Of a stretch of 64,000 bases of DNA, positions 13,380 to 24,878 are shown one piece after another; the stretch's first letter is position 1, and each line of letters starts with the position of its first letter. Both the position numbers and the translations under genes were made by a program. Below the pieces are notes generated by a model. The model searched no databases and was not told the origin of the DNA. It saw only the letters and a program-made list of their open reading frames with translations. Source of the stretch: Octopus sinensis (taxonomy: Eukaryota); NCBI RefSeq assembly GCF_006345805.1, contig NC_042999.1, positions 124,186,001-124,250,000 of the forward strand, written 5' to 3'.

Positions 13380-13670
13380 ATGGTTTGCAGTATGTGCAAC
13401 ATTAACATGCATTTGAGCAGAATACAAAATATTTAAGCACAATAGGCATTAACTGATGTATGCAAGAAGGACAACTGATGTATATAAATGGTTGACGACT
13501 ACTGGATGAAAAACTGTCTTCTCCTGATAGTGGGAAATGCTGTGACAGAAATAAGATCAAAGAATGCACGAAAAGGAGTGGAGTGATGAGATATGGGAAT
13601 GATGAGCCCCCATTTTCAAGATTATATTGTTAATGTTGATGATGATGACGATGATGATGACGATGATATA
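13380..13670 (+). mobile_element. Ancient RTE 3' fragment
   Basis: GGCATTAACTGATGTATGCAAGAAGGACAACTG aligns loosely with intact RTE 35355-35390; followed by a (GAT)n tail. Confidence 0.45.
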
Positions 13671-14309
13671 ATGATGATGATACAATGATGATGATATGAT
13701 GATATATATGAAAGTGCATGTGTAACTATGTATGTGTCTTTGTATATATATTGTATATATATATATATAAATATGCTATTTTGCTTAGGCATAGTAATAC
13801 TAATAACCTGATGTGAGAACACAATATATGTATGCTTCAGAATAAAGTATCAGTCAAGTACAAAGCAGTAATAAGAAAGTAAAGTGGGAAAGATACAAGA
13901 AATTGTCATGAACTTTATTAGCTTACAGCTGTTTCCGCAATAAGATGCATTGCACTCATAGTTGAATGCTTGTGTATTACCCTAGAGCTCCACTGAAGCT
14001 TTGCACATGACAGGTAAAAGCAGGAGGACACAATGTAACAGACAAGCAAGAAGACAACTCAACAGTTTGGCTTCTTACAATGGAAACAGGTACCAATATG
14101 TTTGTGACTTTCAAATGGCTAAGATTACCCCTAATTTGCAAACTTTTAAAGCTATAGAAATTTTATTTATTAATTTATGGCAAAATGAATATCATTTCCT
14201 AATTATGGAAATGATATTCATAAATAAACTACATCTATACACCAAATTTGAAATCTATTTGAACAAAATTAAAGGAAGTGAAACCTGAAAGCCAAACAGA
14301 AAAAATCTA

Positions 14310-14402
14310 AGCCTGGTATTTATTCTATCGGTCTTTTTTGGCAAACCACTAAATTATGTGACATAAACACATCAACAGCAATTCTCAAGTGGCGATGGGG
14401 GT

Positions 14403-14459
<57 letters not shown>

Positions 14460-14622
14460 GACAGGCTCCTTTCAGCTTCTGTCTACCAAATCCACTCACA
14501 AGGCTTTGGTCAGCCCAAGGCTATAGTAGAAGACACTTTCCCAAGGTGTCACACAGGGGGACTGAACCCAGAACCATGTGGTTGTGAAGCAAGCTTCTTA
14601 TCCCACAGCCACTCCTGCACCT
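14310..14622 (-). mobile_element. SINE family A
   Basis: CTACCAAATCCACTCACAAGGCTTTGG...GGGACTGAACCC...CCACAGCCACTCCTGCACC. Confidence 0.88.
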
Positions 14623-14814
14623 GTGCAGGAATGTTTCACAGACTATCACTCTCTATAGTCTGATAGACTAATAATATAAACTAAACTAAACTAAAAATAT
14701 AAATATCAGGTGTAGATGAATGTGACAACTGTGGAAGCAATGTTCAATGATGCTGTTAACAATGTTAAATGTTAACAATGGGTTCTCAGAGCCCTCCTAT
14801 TTATAATAGAGCTT

Positions 14815-15021
14815 CGGGTCTTCTCAGTCACAACATATCTCCAGAAATCGCTGTCTTTTGTCATTTCCTCTTTGAGGCTCAACGGTCAAAGGCCATGCTT
14901 CACCACTTCATCCTATGTCTTCCTGAGTCTCCCTCTACTCCAGATTCCTTCCACTGTTAGGGAGTGGCACTTTTTCACACAGCTCTCCTCATCCATCCCA
15001 TAGTACGTAACCATACCAATG
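14815..15021 (-). mobile_element. Tail-less RTE C-terminal fragment, near-copy of 25447-25653
   Basis: 207 bp, about 11 substitutions versus 25447-25653 by eye, with shared disabling changes. Confidence 0.9.
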
Positions 15022-15329
15022 ATCATCCAGTGCTCAATGAGGAATCTATCAAAGAATTAGAGAAGAATTGCCAAGTGAAGAAAAAGGATTTCTAATTCTA
15101 GAATCTAGCAAAGACAATAGTTTAGTTAGAAGAAAAGGAGACAGATTTCTACTGCCAGCTGGATTGTGGCCATGCTCAGTATCAGAAAAGGTGTCAGAGA
15201 AATACCATATATCCGATGTAAACTGGGGGTACATAAGTGGTACTCTGTGATCACAGGCAGGCTGATAGAGAGGAAGGAATTTATAAGCAGCAGGTGGACA
15301 AGGTTAGTTAGCATATGAGTACCCTTAGA

Positions 15330-15900
15330 TAAATACTTTCTAATTCTCAGAAGGCTCCTTGGAATTAGCTATAGGTTCCATTATGTAGGTGACCCAATTA
15401 GCAGTAGAAGATAATGTTCCAAAAGCATAATAACCTGAATGAGAGCAAAGTCAGAAATGTTCAAGGAGATTTTAATTCTACTGGCAATAAAAGAATTCTT
15501 ACTCTGAATGATAGGCAAATTGTATGATGCTTGTGTATGAATGCAATGGTGCTTGGTAGTAGCAAATAGGTACTGAATATGGGGGAGGGAGGCGAAAGTT
15601 GAAAAGAAATGAGGTAAGCATGCTTTGCTGGAGATGTAGTCTTTGCATGCATGAAAGTCAGAGCACAAAGCAGATTAAAGAAAAACTTTAGGTATGAGAG
15701 AAATGCGATATAGCATGCAAGAGAAAAGATTGAGCTGGTATGGACATATGATGTGTATGGAGGATGATAATTAAGTACAGAAGTACTAAGCAAGCCAAGC
15801 AGGAGCATTACAGAAGACTTAAAGAGAAACAAGAAAAAAGATTGTGAAAGATGATCTCAGAAAGCTGTTTCTCATAAAGGAAATGACAAAGTATCACAAG
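15330..15900 (+). mobile_element. Highly diverged RTE ORF 3' part
   Basis: TATGTAGGTGACCCAATTAGCAGT...GGCAAATTGTATGATGCTTGTGTA aligns with intact RTE 35040-35195. Confidence 0.65.
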
Positions 15901-16124
15901 CGCCCCAATACTGTGCTGAAGAAGTTCAGTTCGATTCAAACCATGCACACATGGAAAAATGCATATAAAATGGCAATACATATATACATGTATATGTGTG
16001 TGTACATTTGAATATATACATATATAAACACACATACACACAATCACACATGCAAACAACCACAAACACACATATGCACACACACACACACACACACATA
16101 CATATCTATATGGCTCACTGGCAT

Positions 16125-17255
16125 TTTAATGGCTCACTTGCATTTAATGATGCTGCAAAGAGAGAGACTTGGAGATGCCACAATGAAAGATTGCTAAATG
16201 AAGAGAATGAATAAGAGAAAGAGAGTCAGCCAAATGTTGACCCAACAGGGGGACCAGCTATTCAAATTGACAGTACCTTGGTAGATGAAGCAATTAAGGG
16301 TATGAAAATAGGGAAAGCCCCTAGCACATCAGGAAACACTGTTGAGATGCTTAAAATATCTGGCAGTGAAGGATATAGTCTAATCACCTGTATAGCTAAC
16401 CAGGTGATACACAAAAAAGTCATACCTAGTGACTGCTATAGCAGCACCTTAGTCAACTGCTACAAAGATAAAGGTGACACATTAGATAGAAATAATTACA
16501 GATGTATCAAATTGTTGGATCAGGTGATGAAAATCATGGAGAGGGTCATAGCCCAACTAATTAGGGAGAGAGTTAGTTTAGATAAGATGCAGTTCGGGTT
16601 TGTGCCAAGAAGCACCACTGATGCTATATTTCTGCTAAGACAGCTGCAGGAGAAATTCCTAGCCAAAGATAAACCTCTGTACTTGGCTTTCATTGACATG
16701 GAGAAAGCTTTTGACAGGGTTTTCCCAATCCCTTATCTAGTGGTCAATGCAGAAACTAAGGATGGATAAGTGGTTGGTGAGAGCTGGGCAAGCCATGTAC
16801 AGGGATGCTGTCAGTAAGGTGAGGGTTGGTAACAAGTACAGTGAAGAATTCCAGGTAGAAATAGGGAATCACCAAGGATCAGTCCTCAGCCCCCACTTTA
16901 TCATAGTCCTTCAGACAATAACAGGGGAATTCAAGACAGGCTGCCCCTGGGATCTCCTCTATGCTGATGACCTTTCTCTCGTAGCTGAGTCACTACCAGA
17001 ACTAGAGAAGTTTCAGGTGTGGAAGCAAGGTCTAGAACCAAAGGGCCTTAGAGTTACCCTAACAAAACCCAAAGTCTTAGTAAGTAGGAAGGTGGACAAA
17101 TCAGGAATCCCTTCAGGTAGATGGCTCTGTACATTCTGTAGAAAAGGCATGGGTAGAAACTCCATAAGATGTAACCAGTGTAAGTTATGGAAACATAAGA
17201 GGAGTAGCAATATCAAAAAAAGGCTAACTGGGAAGATAGTTTTTGTGTGTGACAG
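16125..17255 (+). pseudogene. RTE LINE reverse transcriptase fragment with degenerate PHD finger
   Basis: ORFs 16278/16747: [50 protein letters not shown]; frameshifted homolog of 33810-34950. Confidence 0.95.
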
Positions 17256-17778
17256 AAGCATAGGTGCCTGCCTCAGATGCTATGGCATTGAGGTAGATCC
17301 AGCCACCCCCATTAATAGGGACAAAACCCAGATTTAAATCATTGGATGATGATGAGTGATGTCACTACATTTTCTCTTTATGCATTTGATGTGGTACACT
17401 ATTTCTCATTTTGCAGTTTATTAATGAGTTGGTTTGTGCATACAGTGATTAGTGCAAATCTTTTTTTATTTTCTTGAATCGTTGTCTTACATAGTAGTGA
17501 TAGATGAATCTGCCAATCATTTTGCTACTACTTCAATTTCAAATTTTGTTTCATGAAGTTCCACAGCAGTTGCAGCCAGTCTCTCAGATACAGAAGTAAA
17601 ATTCAGCCATTTGAGCTTTATCTCCATCTTGTCTTCTTTAAACAGAAGATCTCTATCTAAAACATTGGATAATCAACTCGCCACAGCAATTTCACTCTAC
17701 TCTTTCTGTCACTTTTCCTAATAATACAAGACCTACTAATGCACACCACCACAAGTGTCCTTGTATTTTGTTTTATCT

Positions 17779-17815
<37 letters not shown>

Positions 17816-17834
17816 ATGTGCACACCATTTTTGT

Positions 17835-18061
17835 TTAACCATTTAGCATTCAGATTTCTCTGTCAAATATAATACTTATTTATTTACATTGCTTTGAATT
17901 AATTGTGCAATATCTTGCAGCTCTGAGATTTCGATGATGTGATTGTTTATTTTAAAAATAATATTGTAGGGTAACTGTGAGAGGGCAGATCTGGTTGGTT
18001 TGAAGATAAGCAGGTAGTTGGTTTTGGCCAGATAAGGCCAGTTTAAATGCTAAAGGGTTAA
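17835..18061. mobile_element. piggyBac-type MITE family 1
   Basis: TTAA-CCATTTAGCATTCAGA...AAATGCTAAAGGG-TTAA; reverse complement of 7011-7238. Confidence 0.85.
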
Positions 18062-18127
18062 ACATATTCATTCAGATCTTCATATGAAATAAATTCTATT
18101 CTGTTGACACTAAAAAACTTCACAAAC

Positions 18128-18501
18128 TAGGAGTGGCTGTGTGGTAAGTAGCTTGCTTACCAACCACATGGTTCTGGGTTCAGTCCTATTATGTGGCACC
18201 TTGGGCAAGTGTCTTCTACTATAGCCTCAGGCCAACTAAAGCCTTTTGAGTGGATTTGGTAGACAGAAATTGAAAGAAGACCGTCGTATATATGTATATG
18301 TATGTGTGTATATGTTTGTCTCCCGCCAACATCGCTTGACAACTGATGCTGGTGTGTTTACATTCCCATATCTTAGCAGTTCGGCAAAAGAGACTAGGCT
18401 TCCAAAGAATAAGTCCTGGTGTTGATTTGCTCGACTAAAGGTGGTGCTCCAGCATGGCCACAGTCAAATGACTGAAACAAGTAAAAGAGTAAAAAGAGTA
18501 A
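18128..18501 (+). mobile_element. SINE family A (full length)
   Basis: GGAGTGGCTGTGTGGTAAG start through GACTGAAACAAGTAAAAGAGTAAAAAGAG end. Confidence 0.92.
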
Positions 18502-19465
18502 ACAGCCACTCAGAGTTTCATGTAACTGTTCATAAGATACGAGTGAGAAAACTGTGATGAACTCCAAGTAAGAGTTTCTGAAGTATTTTTCAGCTTCAGT
18601 AAAATTGTATTTCACTCTACTATTGGTATTCAAGTACTATTTTTTTTTCTATCTTGTTTTGTACGTATGAGCTTACTTGAGTATAAAGTAAATTGTGTAT
18701 ATTATTTCCACTTGAAACTGTATGTATCTGAACTATACAATTATTAACAAGCTTAACATATTATATAAATATTTCTACACAGAATCAGAAATTTCAGGAA
18801 ATTGATTGGTTGTTGAAAAATCCTGTCTCTGTAAACCAATGTCATTCTATTTCAACAGAGATACAGAGATGAGAAAAAAAATGTAAACCAAAATAATGAG
18901 AATGAAAAGCAAGAAAGCAAAATAAGCCAAAATACTAAAAAAAAAAACAACCAAGAGAAAAAAAGAAGCTTCTCAGGAATTTTCTTCAATTACAGAATGT
19001 ATTTAATCTGTCATGACAGAACAGTGATCTCTTCCTGAATTCCAATGCTACCAACCAATTGTTCCCAGACCACTGTCAATTACTGATTGAAAGAAGATAA
19101 ATAGAAAATAAATAAATATTTTGATAAAGGTTAACTCAATACAAGGGCTGTACAAATCCTTTAAAACGATTTTCATTTGTACTCTTGTAAAACCAGAAAT
19201 GAATCATCAATATAGTAAAATTCTATAAAGTTCTGACTTCATACATCTTTCTCTCCCTCAGTTACTCGGTTCTTCTCTTTCTCTATCTCTCTGTCTTTCT
19301 CTAAATTGTTCTATTTATTCATAGTAAAATCATTAACACTAGTAGAATAAAACACACACTCACACACAACTTACCTATATGTATACATGTATGTATCTAT
19401 GCACAGATACACACATATATGATATGAACATATACACAAGTTTTATTAATACATACATATATACA

Positions 19466-19496
<31 letters not shown>

Positions 19497-19610
19497 GTGT
19501 GTGTGTGTGTATATATACATACATATAGATATGCACACGCACATTAACACCATCATTGTCTCTCATCTATTCATTTTTCTATACACATGCATACAGATAT
19601 ATATATGTGT

Positions 19611-19875
19611 GAAGGTGCATAGCCTAGTAGTTAGCCTCTCACACTCATGATTGCCAGATCATGGGTTTGATTCCCGGATTGGGCAGCACATTGTGTTCTT
19701 GAGCAAAACACTTCTTTTCATGTATGACTACTGCCATTTTTGACCAGGGGAGAATGTTGGCCTACTCCCCTACCCAGAAGGTAGTACCATTCAAAGGCTA
19801 AAATAATGCAAAGTGTATTGTGACCAATGATGTGTAACAACATCTGATAGTCAGGTCAGTCGCATGGTCATGTGA
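19611..19875 (+). mobile_element. tRNA-derived SINE family C
   Basis: GAAGGTGCATAGCCTAGTAGTTAG A-box, GGGTTTGATTCCC B-box, TGTGTTCTTGAGCAAAACACTT core. Confidence 0.7.
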
Positions 19876-20233
19876 TATATTTTTATACATATTTTATTTT
19901 GGTCGAGTGAGTCACTTGCTACTCTGGCTACTCTGAGTTTCATCTGTGGGTTCACAGGGTCTTCATATATACAATGTTTTCTTCTTATTTTTCTCATAGC
20001 CTTTTCTCTATCTTTTTTTTTTCTCACATTTCCTCATGAAGTAGCCACGTCAATTGAACCTGAACGATTGCTGGATTGTGCACAGTATGAATACAAACCC
20101 CTCCATTTACAGCATCATCCAAGCATAAAATGAAGTCATATGTAACTTCCATATTCATTAAGTGTTACTTATCTCTCATTAGAATGAATGCTGTTTTGCT
20201 GATCTTCCCAACAAGTAAACAGAATATATGTAT

Positions 20234-20626
20234 ACTCTTTTACTTGTTTCAGTCATTTGACTGTGGCCATGCTGGAGCACCGCCTTTGGTCGAGCAAATC
20301 GACCCCAGGACTTATTCTTTGTAAGGCTAGTACTTATACTATTGGTCTCTTATGCCGAACCGCTAAGTTACGGGGATGTAAACACACCAGCATTGGTTGT
20401 CAAGTGATGTTGGGGGGACAGACAGACAGACACACACAAACACACACGTATATATATATATACATATATATGATGGGATTCTTTCAGTTTCCGTCTACCA
20501 AATCCACTCACAAGGCTTATTTCGGCCCGAGGCTATAGTAGAAGACACTTGCCCAAGGTGCCATGCAGTGGGACTGAACCCGGAACCATGTCACTGGTAA
20601 GCAAGCTACTTACCACACAGCCACTC
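20234..20626 (-). mobile_element. SINE family A (full length)
   Basis: Reverse complement of the family A pattern end to end. Confidence 0.92.
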
Positions 20627-20873
20627 AAATATTTAGAATAATTCAGGTAAAAACCCCGTAACATGCCACTATTTCATTACCACATATTATCCTACAGCAG
20701 GGTATATTCTAGGGCTGGAATTGGATTCTTCCCAATGGAGCACCCACACACAACTGTTGCTGAGAAATATTCAACTATATAGTAATTATAAAGAATAATC
20801 TTGTGTAATGATATATGAATATAAACTCTGCAACTTAAGGGTGGTGTGCAGTAACAAATGTTGTGATCTACTA

Positions 20874-21102
20874 TTAACCCTTTCGTTACTGTATTTATTT
20901 TGAGATGCTCTGTGTTTCTTTCAATTACTTTAAATATAAGAAAGAATTTAGTAAAATAACTTAGTTATCATTAAGCTAGTGTTAGGAACATAAATTGTGA
21001 CTAAGGTTTGGTGGAAGATTTTAATTCAAAACTTATGAAAACAAGACATTTGTTCTACAGAGCCAGAGCTGGTTTCAGCCGGGTTGGTAACAAAAGGGTT
21101 AA
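20874..21102. mobile_element. piggyBac-type MITE family 2
   Basis: TTAA-CCCTTTCGTTAC...GGTAACAAAAGGG-TTAA; body near-identical to 12648-12877. Confidence 0.88.
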
Positions 21103-21123
21103 AGCCTGTTATTCTCCATCCTC

Positions 21124-21154
<31 letters not shown>

Positions 21155-21420
21155 CAGACACATATAATAACACTTACACACACATACACTGTCATATACA
21201 ATCAGTAGCTATGGGCAGCATACTACCACTTCTTATGTGATTATTGCCATATTTTCACTTAATTTTCAACATATAGCAATAACGCTGTAGCACATTTAAA
21301 TCACTAACTTAGAAATATGTGCACTTATATATTTGTGTGTGTGTGTGTGCATATATATATATATATGCACACATACTTACGCATATGTACATACTTATAC
21401 ATATATGTATGTATATATAC

Positions 21421-21760
21421 TCTCTCTTTTACTCTCTTTTATTTGTTTCAGTCATTTGACTGTGGCCATGCTGGAGCACCACCTTTAGTCGAGCAAATCG
21501 ACCCCAGGTCTTATTCTTTGTAAGCCTAGTACTTATTCTATCGGTCTCTTATGCCGAACCGCTAAGTGACGGGGACATAAACACACCACCATCGATTGTC
21601 AGGCGATGTTGGGGGAACAAACACTGACACACAAACATATACACACACATATACATATATATACACATACATATATACGATGGGCTTCTTTCAGTTTACG
21701 TCTACCAAATCCACTCACAAGGCTTTGGTCGGCCCGAAGCTATAGTAGAAGACACTTGCC
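21421..21760 (-). mobile_element. SINE family A, head-less; left arm of inverted duplication
   Basis: Reverse complement of 21850-22190 including the same internal microsatellite. Confidence 0.92.
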
Positions 21761-21770
21761 TATATATATA

Positions 21771-22190
21771 GGCGCAGGAGTGGCTGTGTGGTAAGTAGCT
21801 TGCTTACCAACCACATGGTTCCGGGTTCAGTCCCACTGTGTGGCACCTTGGGCAAGTGTCTTCTACTATAGCTTCGGGCCGACCAAAGCTTGTGAGTGGA
21901 TTTGGTAGACGGAAACTGAAAGAAGCCCGTCGTATATATGTATGTGTATATATATGTATATGTGTGTGTATATGTTTGTGTGTCAGTGTTTGTTCCCCCA
22001 ACATCGCCTGACAATCGATAGTGGTGTGTTTATGTCCCCGTCACTTAGCGGTTCAGCAAAAGAGACCGATAGAATAAGTACTAGGCTTACAAAGAATAAG
22101 GCCTGGGGTCGATTTGCTTGACTAAAGGTGGTGCTCCAGCATGGCCACAGTCAAATGACTGAAACAAATAAAAGAGAGTAAAAGAGAGAG
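21771..22190 (+). mobile_element. SINE family A, full-length young copy
   Basis: GGCGCAGGAGTGGCTGTGTGGTAAG, GGGTTCAGTCCC, CpG-rich, (AAAAGAG)n tail. Confidence 0.95.
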
Positions 22191-22437
22191 TATATATATA
22201 TATACATACATATATGTATAAGTATGTATATATGCGTATGTATGTATATATATATATATAAATTTATTTATACGTGTTAACATCGAATAGTTAGAATGGG
22301 TGCTCAACATTGCACTGGCAGATCAGTATCCTTTATTTATGAATTCTCTCAACCATTATCCAAATCTACCACAAGGGGCATTGTTATTCATTGCCATCTT
22401 GTGTGTGTGTGTGTGTATGTGCGTGTGTGTGTGTGTG

Positions 22438-22987
22438 CCTTCTTCCAACTGTTAAACATGGAGGAGGATCTGTAATGATCTGGGGGTGCTATATCTTGGA
22501 AATGCACCAGCCCAATGGTTTCTCTTCATGGGCAGAATTAATAGTCAAGACTATTTAAGCATTTTATCTGATCAAATTCATCCTATGGTTGCAGAACTGT
22601 TTCCAGAGTTAAACACAATCTTTCAGGCTGATAATGCACCAATTCACACAGCTAAAGTTGCTACTGAATGGCACGAGGAATATTCTAATGAAGTTGAACA
22701 TCTTATCTGGCCACCACAGTCCCCAGATCTAAATATTACTGAACATTTATGGTACATTTTAGAAAAACAAGTAAGGAGTCGATATCCTCCACCATCATCA
22801 CTACAAGAACTGGAAACTGTTTTAGCTGAAGAATGGACAAAAATTCCTTTGGAAACGATTCAAACTTTGTATGAGTTCATACCTTGTAGAATTCAAGCTG
22901 TAATTACTGCCAAAGGTAGTCCTACCCTATATTAAAATAAATTTGTTAGAAATTTTAAGGTGCTTCCATTATTTTGTCCAGCCCCTG
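22438..22987 (+). pseudogene. Tc1-like transposon 3' half (DDE transposase fragment plus right TIR)
   Basis: TVKHGGGSVMIWG, FQADNAPIH, WPPQSPDLNITEHLW, RIQAVITAKG; TIR TTCCATTATTTTGTCCAGCCCCTG followed by TA. Confidence 0.95.
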
Positions 22988-23017
22988 TATATATACATGC
23001 ATCTATCTATCTATCTA

Positions 23018-23058
<41 letters not shown>

Positions 23059-24254
23059 TATATATATATTATATATATATATGAATATGCCTCTGTGTGT
23101 ATATGTGTACATATTAGTTTTGATGTTATTTATGTAAATTACTCACAGACAGACATATACATGCATGAGTACACATATTTGCATACACTGGATAAGTATT
23201 TCTACTTACATGTAATTCTATTGGTATGTTTTCAGTAAATGTTAAAAATTGTTTTGAAAATGGTCAACAAGCTCGAATTGTCTGGTAGTCTTGGAATTTA
23301 GAAATGGATCCCTGTTCTGTCATGAAAGATTAGATACAAATTGTGTGTAATGCAAAAATATTTCACAAAGCCTATACTTCTTTTTTCTTCTTTGTATTTC
23401 TCTTTCTTTTTATGCAGCTTTCACTAGCACTTTAAAATAGTCAATTCACTGTCTTTCCCTCTTTCTCTCTTCCTTTTTTCCCTCTTCTTTTTCTCAGTCT
23501 TTTGTTACAGTTTCTATTTGATAGCATGTTTTTATTAAAGGGGTTACTTGACAAACTTGATCATTTCCTGAAATCTTCTGACTAGAAGATTCAGGAGATT
23601 TGTATAACACATTAACCCAATTGATGATTGTAGATCAGATATACAAATTTATCTTGCTTGTTAAGTTCTATTGGAAGGAGGAAGTAAGTGGCTTTCTTAG
23701 GCTTATAAATACCTACCAACTGTTCAGAGGACTTTGTTTCTTTGTACAAAGAAAACAAGAAAAGTGGGGTGGAGTCAACAAAGTTTAACTAACAAACCAT
23801 TGATAATAGATGTTCTAGAAATTCTTTACACAAGAATTTACAAAATAAGCACAAATTCTTCTTTATTTTATTTTCTCTATATTTTCCTTTTTTTTTTCCT
23901 CTTTGTATAAGCTATGTAAACCCCCATAATTACAAACTGCAGCACCATTCTTTATTGAAGTATATGATTACATCTGTTCTTTCTTGTATTTTTTACTGCT
24001 TTTTTTCAGCTGTTGGACTGTGACCATGCTACAGCAATAATTTTTCAATGATTTTTATTGTTTTTGTTTTTTTTATTAAAATCTATAGACAGTATTTTGT
24101 TCAGTACTTATCTTTATCAACCTCATAAGAAGTAAATAGAATGATAAAATCAAGCTGAATATTATGGAAAATAACTGAAATACTGAGACTACAAAATACT
24201 ACAGAATATTTTATCCAACACACTATTTGTGGCATCTCTCTCTTTCTCACATGT

Positions 24255-24291
<37 letters not shown>

Positions 24292-24562
24292 CATGTGTGT
24301 GTGCGAGTGTGTGTGTGTGCATGTGTGAGTGTGTGTGTGTGTAGACATACATATTTATATATGTATATGTAAATATGTATTTATATTTTGCTCAGACAGA
24401 GTGATACTAATAACCTGGTGTTACAACTCAACATACGTATATTTCAGAAAGAAGCATTAGCCAAGTACATAGCATAATAAAAATGAAATAAATGTCAAGG
24501 GAACAAGATAATATGTTCATTACATAATTTCTTGTTCCTTATAATTTATTTAATTTTATGTA

Positions 24563-24730
24563 AGTGCAGGCGTGGCTGTGTGGTAAGAAGCTTGCTTCTC
24601 AACCACATGGTTCTGGGTTCAGTCCCATTGCATGGCACCTTGGGCAAGTGTCTTCTACTATAGCCTAGGGCCAGCCACAGCTTTGTGAGTGGATCTGGTA
24701 GATGGAAACTTAAAGAATCCTGTTGTGTAT
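24563..24730 (+). mobile_element. SINE family A, 5' half
   Basis: GCAGGCGTGGCTGTGTGGTAAG...GGCACCTTGGGCAAGTGTCTT...; stops at (TA)n. Confidence 0.88.
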
Positions 24731-24878
24731 ATATATATATATATATATATATACAAAATTAGAAAATGGAGAAACATACTTAAATCAATCAAACATCAAC
24801 CATCAGATAATACCCAATCAATACTTTATTACACCATTACATAACAGCAAAGGCATTATACAAAATATATTGTAAATA

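Noticed and set aside
17515-17680. Minus-strand ~50-codon open stretch (LDRDLLFKEDK...)
   Set aside because: No recognisable domain or consistent splice sites
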